This document shows positions 34,830-38,493 of a stretch of DNA of 38,493 bases, one piece after another (positions within the stretch are counted from its first letter, which is position 1; each line of letters starts with the position of its first letter). Source of the DNA: Candidatus Methylomirabilia bacterium (GTDB lineage Bacteria; Methylomirabilota; Methylomirabilia; Rokubacteriales; CSP1-6); contig JBHIBG010000019.1 of the NCBI GenBank assembly GCA_046758965.1, forward strand, positions 1-38,493, written 5' to 3'. A program made the position numbers and the translations under genes. The notes under the pieces were generated by a model. The model saw nothing but the letters and a program-made list of their open reading frames with translations, was not told the origin of the DNA and did not search any database.

Positions 34830-36227
34830 ATGCCCGTCCAGAGCGCCGACAGACCCCGAGCATACCCCGGGCGGGAGCGCCGGGTCCGGGAGATCGTGAG
34901 GCGGTGTAAGTCCAAGAAGATCCAGCTCGTCCGCTTCCTCTACTGCGGCAACGATGGCGTGATCCGCGGCAAGGCCTGCCACACTCAGTTCCTGAACTCC
35001 TATCTGGAGTCGGGAATTGGCCTTACGGTCGCTATGCAGTCGTTCAACATGCTCGACCAGCTCGTGCCCGAGGGCTCCTTCGGCCCCGTGGGGGAGATCC
35101 GTCTCATGCCTGATCTGGAGACCTTCGCCGTCTTGCCTCACTCGCCGAAATCTTCCCGGCTTCTCTGCAACATGGTGACGCTCGAGGGTCAGCCGTGGGC
35201 GGTCTGCCCTCGGCACTTTCTCTCGCGCATGATCGAGCGGGCTCGCAAAGCGGGGGTGGCCCTCAAGGCCGCCTTCGAAAACGAGTTCACCCTGGCTCGG
35301 CGAGAGGGCGAACGCTATGTGCCGATCGACAGGAGCTCGTGCTTTTCGACCATCGGGATGGACTCGGCCACGCCGGTCATGGTGGAGATCATCGAGGCGC
35401 TCATGGCCCAGGGGGTCTACCCGGAGCAGTACTACGCCGAGCTGGGGCCGGGGCAGCAGGAGCTTCCGGTGCGATTCGCCGACGCCCTCCGCGCCGCGGA
35501 CAACCAGATCACTGTCCGGGACACCGCGCGCGGCGTCGCCTTGAGACACGGACTCCTGGCCTCCTTCGCCCCGAAGCCGTTCCCGGACCAGGCGGGCAAC
35601 GGGAGCCACATCCACTGGAGCCTCTGGCGGATCAAGGACGGCAAGAACCACTTCCACGACCCCAAGGCTCGCTACGGGCTGTCGGATGCAGCGTACGCCT
35701 TTCTGGCCGGCCTGCTCGCCCATCTGCCGGGGCTCGTGGCGCTGACAGCGCCCAGCGTCAACTCCTATCGGCGCCTCCAGCCGCGTTTCTGGTCAAGCGC
35801 CTACACCGCGTGGGGGCCTGACAACCGCGAGGCGGCGATCCGGATCCCCTCCAAGCGGCGCGGGCTGGAGATGGAGTCCACCAACCTGGAGCTGAAGCCG
35901 TGCGATCCGTCCAATAATCCTTATCTCGCCCTGGGCAGCCTCCTGGCTGCCGGCCTTGACGGGATCGAGCGGAAGCTCGCTCCGGGAGAACCCGCGTTGG
36001 TCGATCCGGACACGCTCTCTGATGAGGAGCGGCGGCGGCTCGGGATCCGCCGGCTCCCCGCCTCCCTTGGCGAGGCCCTCGATGCCCTCGAGCGCGACGA
36101 GGTCCTCAGGGGGGCGCTCGGCGAGATGCTGATCAAGGAGTACCTGGCGGTGAAGCGCTCCGAGGTCCGGGGATTCGAGGGCAAGGACACCGCCTTCGAG
36201 ATCGACCAGCACTTCTACAAGTACTGA
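34830..36227 (+). CDS. Glutamine synthetase-like ligase (probable gamma-glutamyl-amine synthetase)
   Basis: FENEF, ELGPGQQE, GNGSHIHWSL, NSYRRL, WGPDNREAAIRIP, NPYL; GGGGGAG RBS before ATG 34830; extended -10 TGCTACCAT at 34789-34797. Confidence 0.9.
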   Translation: MPVQSADRPRAYPGRERRVREIVRRCKSKKIQLVRFLYCGNDGVIRGKACHTQFLNSYLESGIGLTVAMQSFNMLDQLVPEGSFGPVGEIRLMPDLETFAVLPHSPKSSRLLCNMVTLEGQPWAVCPRHFLSRMIERARKAGVALKAAFENEFTLARREGERYVPIDRSSCFSTIGMDSATPVMVEIIEALMAQGVYPEQYYAELGPGQQELPVRFADALRAADNQITVRDTARGVALRHGLLASFAPKPFPDQAGNGSHIHWSLWRIKDGKNHFHDPKARYGLSDAAYAFLAGLLAHLPGLVALTAPSVNSYRRLQPRFWSSAYTAWGPDNREAAIRIPSKRRGLEMESTNLELKPCDPSNNPYLALGSLLAAGLDGIERKLAPGEPALVDPDTLSDEERRRLGIRRLPASLGEALDALERDEVLRGALGEMLIKEYLAVKRSEVRGFEGKDTAFEIDQHFYKY

Positions 36228-36492
36228 TCTAGGCTGCTTGAACTTCGCGTCAGGAAGGTAGTAGCTCGCTCACGCCGCCCCGATTGCGCCCAGCTTGTCG
36301 TCAACTTCCCCAAGCTCGGCGTGTCCAGCCCCAGGCGACCGGCTGACAATATGGCACGGGTTTGGACGAATTGACCGGACGGCACGGGGCGCGGGGTTGA
36401 TGCCCTTGGAGAGCGGAGGGGAGCAGGAGCCGAAATTCCAACACCGGCAAGGCGATACGAGCCGATGAAGCAGCTCGGGTCAGAGTCGTATG

Positions 36493-36508
36493 GGGCAAGA
36501 TTCTTGCT
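36493..36508 (+). promoter_or_regulatory. Candidate sigma54 -24/-12 promoter or palindromic operator
   Basis: GGGCAA-GATTC-TTGCT gives GG-N10-GC spacing; it also contains the palindrome GCAAGA-T-TCTTGC; about 70 nt upstream of the response regulator. Confidence 0.35.
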
Positions 36509-36578
36509 CTCCCTGTAGGCGTGGTCAACTATCGAGCTCCGCTGCTCGGGTCATCAAGAGCGCAGTCCGGAGGCGGCC

Positions 36579-36992
36579 ATGGCGGATCTTAGCCAAGTCC
36601 CGACGATCCTGTGTGTCGATGACGATCTGAGTTTTCTCAGGATCCTGAAGGAGTACTTCACCAATCTCGGATTTAGCGTCCTCACCGTGACGAATGGGGA
36701 GGCGGCGGTGGCTCAGGTCACGCGGCGGCCACCCAACGCGGTCATCCTCGACCTGTTCATGCACGGCCTCGACGGGGTCGGGACGCTGCAGCAAATCAGG
36801 AGGCTCAACCCGAGGATCCCGGTCATCGTCGTCAGTGGTGTGTCGAATGCCGTGGAAATGCTCCAGCAGGCCGCGGTGAGCGTGGCCTCGGTCTTCCTGA
36901 AGCCGGTGGACCCAGACCAAATCTTGAAGGCTCTGCTCTTGGTAGGCGTGGCTCCCCCGAAGCCCGGCCCTTCCGCAGGTCGGGGAGCATGA
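36579..36992 (+). CDS. Stand-alone response regulator receiver (CheY-like)
   Basis: ILCVDDD, VILDLFM (phospho-Asp), DGVGTL, VVSG, LKP; GGAGG RBS. Confidence 0.88.
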   Translation: MADLSQVPTILCVDDDLSFLRILKEYFTNLGFSVLTVTNGEAAVAQVTRRPPNAVILDLFMHGLDGVGTLQQIRRLNPRIPVIVVSGVSNAVEMLQQAAVSVASVFLKPVDPDQILKALLLVGVAPPKPGPSAGRGA

Positions 36993-37157
36993 CTTCGGTG
37001 AAGCTTCAGGCGGGAACCTTTGCTGTCTCCCGAAGGTCCGGCTGGGCGTAGCCCAAGCCAGGCACGCTCAGGAAATGGGTCAGGACGGCCTGGCTGCCGG
37101 TGACTGCCGCCTCGCTGGCCTTCTTGGTGATTCTGCTGAGCCCTGATCTGGTAGCAG

Positions 37158-37973
37158 CTAAGGTTCGAGCGGTTTCAGGGTCTCGCGGAGAAAAGCCCTG
37201 ACGTCCTCCCAATAGTACCCGACGTCCCAGAAAAGCCGATGTCCCCCTCCACGATCGTAACGGATGATTCGCGCCTCCTTTCCGTGCGCCCGCAGACCCC
37301 GCTCCAGCATGTCGACATCTTCCAGAATCCAGGAGTCATCTCCGCCCTCGACCAGCAGCAAGACCGGTGCGGCGAGCGAGCGCACCCGCCGCACCGCCTC
37401 GGCAAAGCGCCCCCGCCCCGGGGCAGGGGCCAGGATCAGAAGGGCCTTCAGGTCGGTCCGCTCGACGCCCACCATGAGCGTCAGGAGACCCCCTCGCGAG
37501 AACCCCATGAGCGCAACCCGGGATGGGTCGACATCGGGACGGGCCTTTACATAATCAACCGCCCTGGAAACCTCTTCCTTGTGACGTGAAAGATTTCCCG
37601 GGCCACTTCCTCGGATGGGAGCAAATGCCAGGAGCCCATCCCGAGCCAGCGCCTGGCAGATACCGTCCAGATTGTAACCGCGCAAGCTTGCCCCTTGGTA
37701 GCCCCGCCGGTCGACGATGAGGCCGTGGTTGTACACCACAGCAGGAAAAGGCCCCTTCCCTTCAGGGCGGCAGAGGAGAGCCCGACCTTCCTCTGCGCCG
37801 ATGCGGTAGCCGATCAGGGAGGCTTCCCCGACGGCACAGCCTTGAATCACGAAGAGGAGCACAAGCGCGAGGGCAAAGTTCAGCCGTAAGGCTGGCCGCT
37901 CAGGCCCAACGTAGGTGCATCGCTCGCCGGACTGCGCTAGAGGTAGCGCGGATGCCAGTCTAGACCCTCCCAT
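37158..37973 (-). CDS. Alpha/beta hydrolase (dienelactone hydrolase-like), possibly a lipoprotein
   Basis: GPFPAVVYNHG, nucleophile elbow GFSRGG, candidate Asp (GDD) and His (GGH); hydrophobic stretch ending IQGC. Start uncertain. Confidence 0.75.
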   Translation of the reverse strand: MGGSRLASALPLAQSGERCTYVGPERPALRLNFALALVLLFVIQGCAVGEASLIGYRIGAEEGRALLCRPEGKGPFPAVVYNHGLIVDRRGYQGASLRGYNLDGICQALARDGLLAFAPIRGSGPGNLSRHKEEVSRAVDYVKARPDVDPSRVALMGFSRGGLLTLMVGVERTDLKALLILAPAPGRGRFAEAVRRVRSLAAPVLLLVEGGDDSWILEDVDMLERGLRAHGKEARIIRYDRGGGHRLFWDVGYYWEDVRAFLRETLKPLEP

Positions 37974-38209
37974 GTCGTAACCCCGGTCAGTGGGATCCGC
38001 ACAGTGGCATGGAGTCGCTCCTCGGCTTCCCTGAGCTCTCGTTGTACCATCTTCCCCCCAAGGGACCGAACAAACTTCTTGCGCTTCCGTTCGGCATCGT
38101 AGTCGACTACCGGAAGGATCTCTCCATGTAACATCAGCTTGGGCAAGCCGCTGACCCCACCTCTTCCACAAGCGTACGGCCGGGGGCCTTCGGGCCAACA
38201 TGTGAGGCT

Positions 38210-38493
38210 TCACGCCGGCCGGGGCGCCTCCGGCCGATCGTGGCCGGCGAAGCGCGCGAGCCCAGCCGCCATCTCGGGATCGTCTGCTGTCGGCAGACCG
38301 GTCTCCGCCTCAAGCCGGAGACCGCCCGAGAGCGACAAACCCCAGGCCGCCAGCAGCGCCGCGCGGTCGGCCCGTAGGCTGGCTTGCGGGTACTCGGCGA
38401 TGCGGTGGCCGATCTCCAGTGCACGCTCGAGCGCCTTGCCAGGCTCGACCACCTCCTGAACCAGCCCGATCGCGAGCGCCCGGCCCGCATCGA
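38210..38493 (-). CDS. Enoyl-CoA hydratase/crotonase, 3' part (cut by window end)
   Basis: The frame is open to the window edge: DAGRALAIGLVQEVVEPGKALERALE...PQASLRADR...GLARF, a typical crotonase C-terminus. Confidence 0.8.
   Translation of the reverse strand, partial: DAGRALAIGLVQEVVEPGKALERALEIGHRIAEYPQASLRADRAALLAAWGLSLSGGLRLEAETGLPTADDPEMAAGLARFAGHDRPEAPRPA

Noticed and set aside
34830..36227. Calling this the housekeeping glnA
   Set aside because: The N-terminal domain and motif pattern look like GS-like gamma-glutamyl ligases rather than GSI; no symbol assigned without a phylogeny.
36352..36366. TGGCAC-containing sigma54 site
   Set aside because: The -12 position reads GA rather than GC at the required spacing.
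37049..37051. Pyrrolysine read-through of the in-frame TAG
   Set aside because: No methyltransferase context or pyl genes; a simple stop or gene decay is more likely.

Overview
A GC-rich bacterial chromosomal segment, densely coding. I recognised no rRNA, tRNA, CRISPR array or transposase. The gene mix and the GC-rich palindromic repeats suggest Methylomirabilota/Rokubacteria, but that is inference only. From left to right: (1) a PerR-like oxidative-stress operon (perR/fur, short rubrerythrin, Fe-S/CCG oxidoreductase, DUF3501, lipoprotein cytochrome c) with a visible promoter and Fur-type box, divergent from uvrA; (2) an MFS transporter and an Ltp2-like thiolase-fold/DUF35 pair; (3) a selenoprotein that the ORF track splits in two (in-frame TGA in a U-G-S-C-T-T-C motif followed by a SECIS-like hairpin), with its uncharacterised partner gene; (4) a CoxD/CoxE-like MoxR-VWA pair, DsbA, M48 protease, ICL/PEP-mutase family enzyme, M20 amidohydrolase and purC; (5) a long catabolic run: MJ0158-like (SelA-fold) PLP enzyme, two hydantoinase/oxoprolinase A+B pairs, a dialkylglycine-decarboxylase-like aminotransferase and a tungsten-type aldehyde oxidoreductase; (6) two AhpD-like paralogues coupled to a zinc-ribbon/cyclase/NTPase gene, a glutamine-synthetase-like ligase, an orphan response regulator, an alpha/beta hydrolase and a crotonase cut by the window edge. 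A palindromic repeat occurs once intergenically and once apparently inside a coding sequence. Family calls come from motif recognition by eye; no searches were run.
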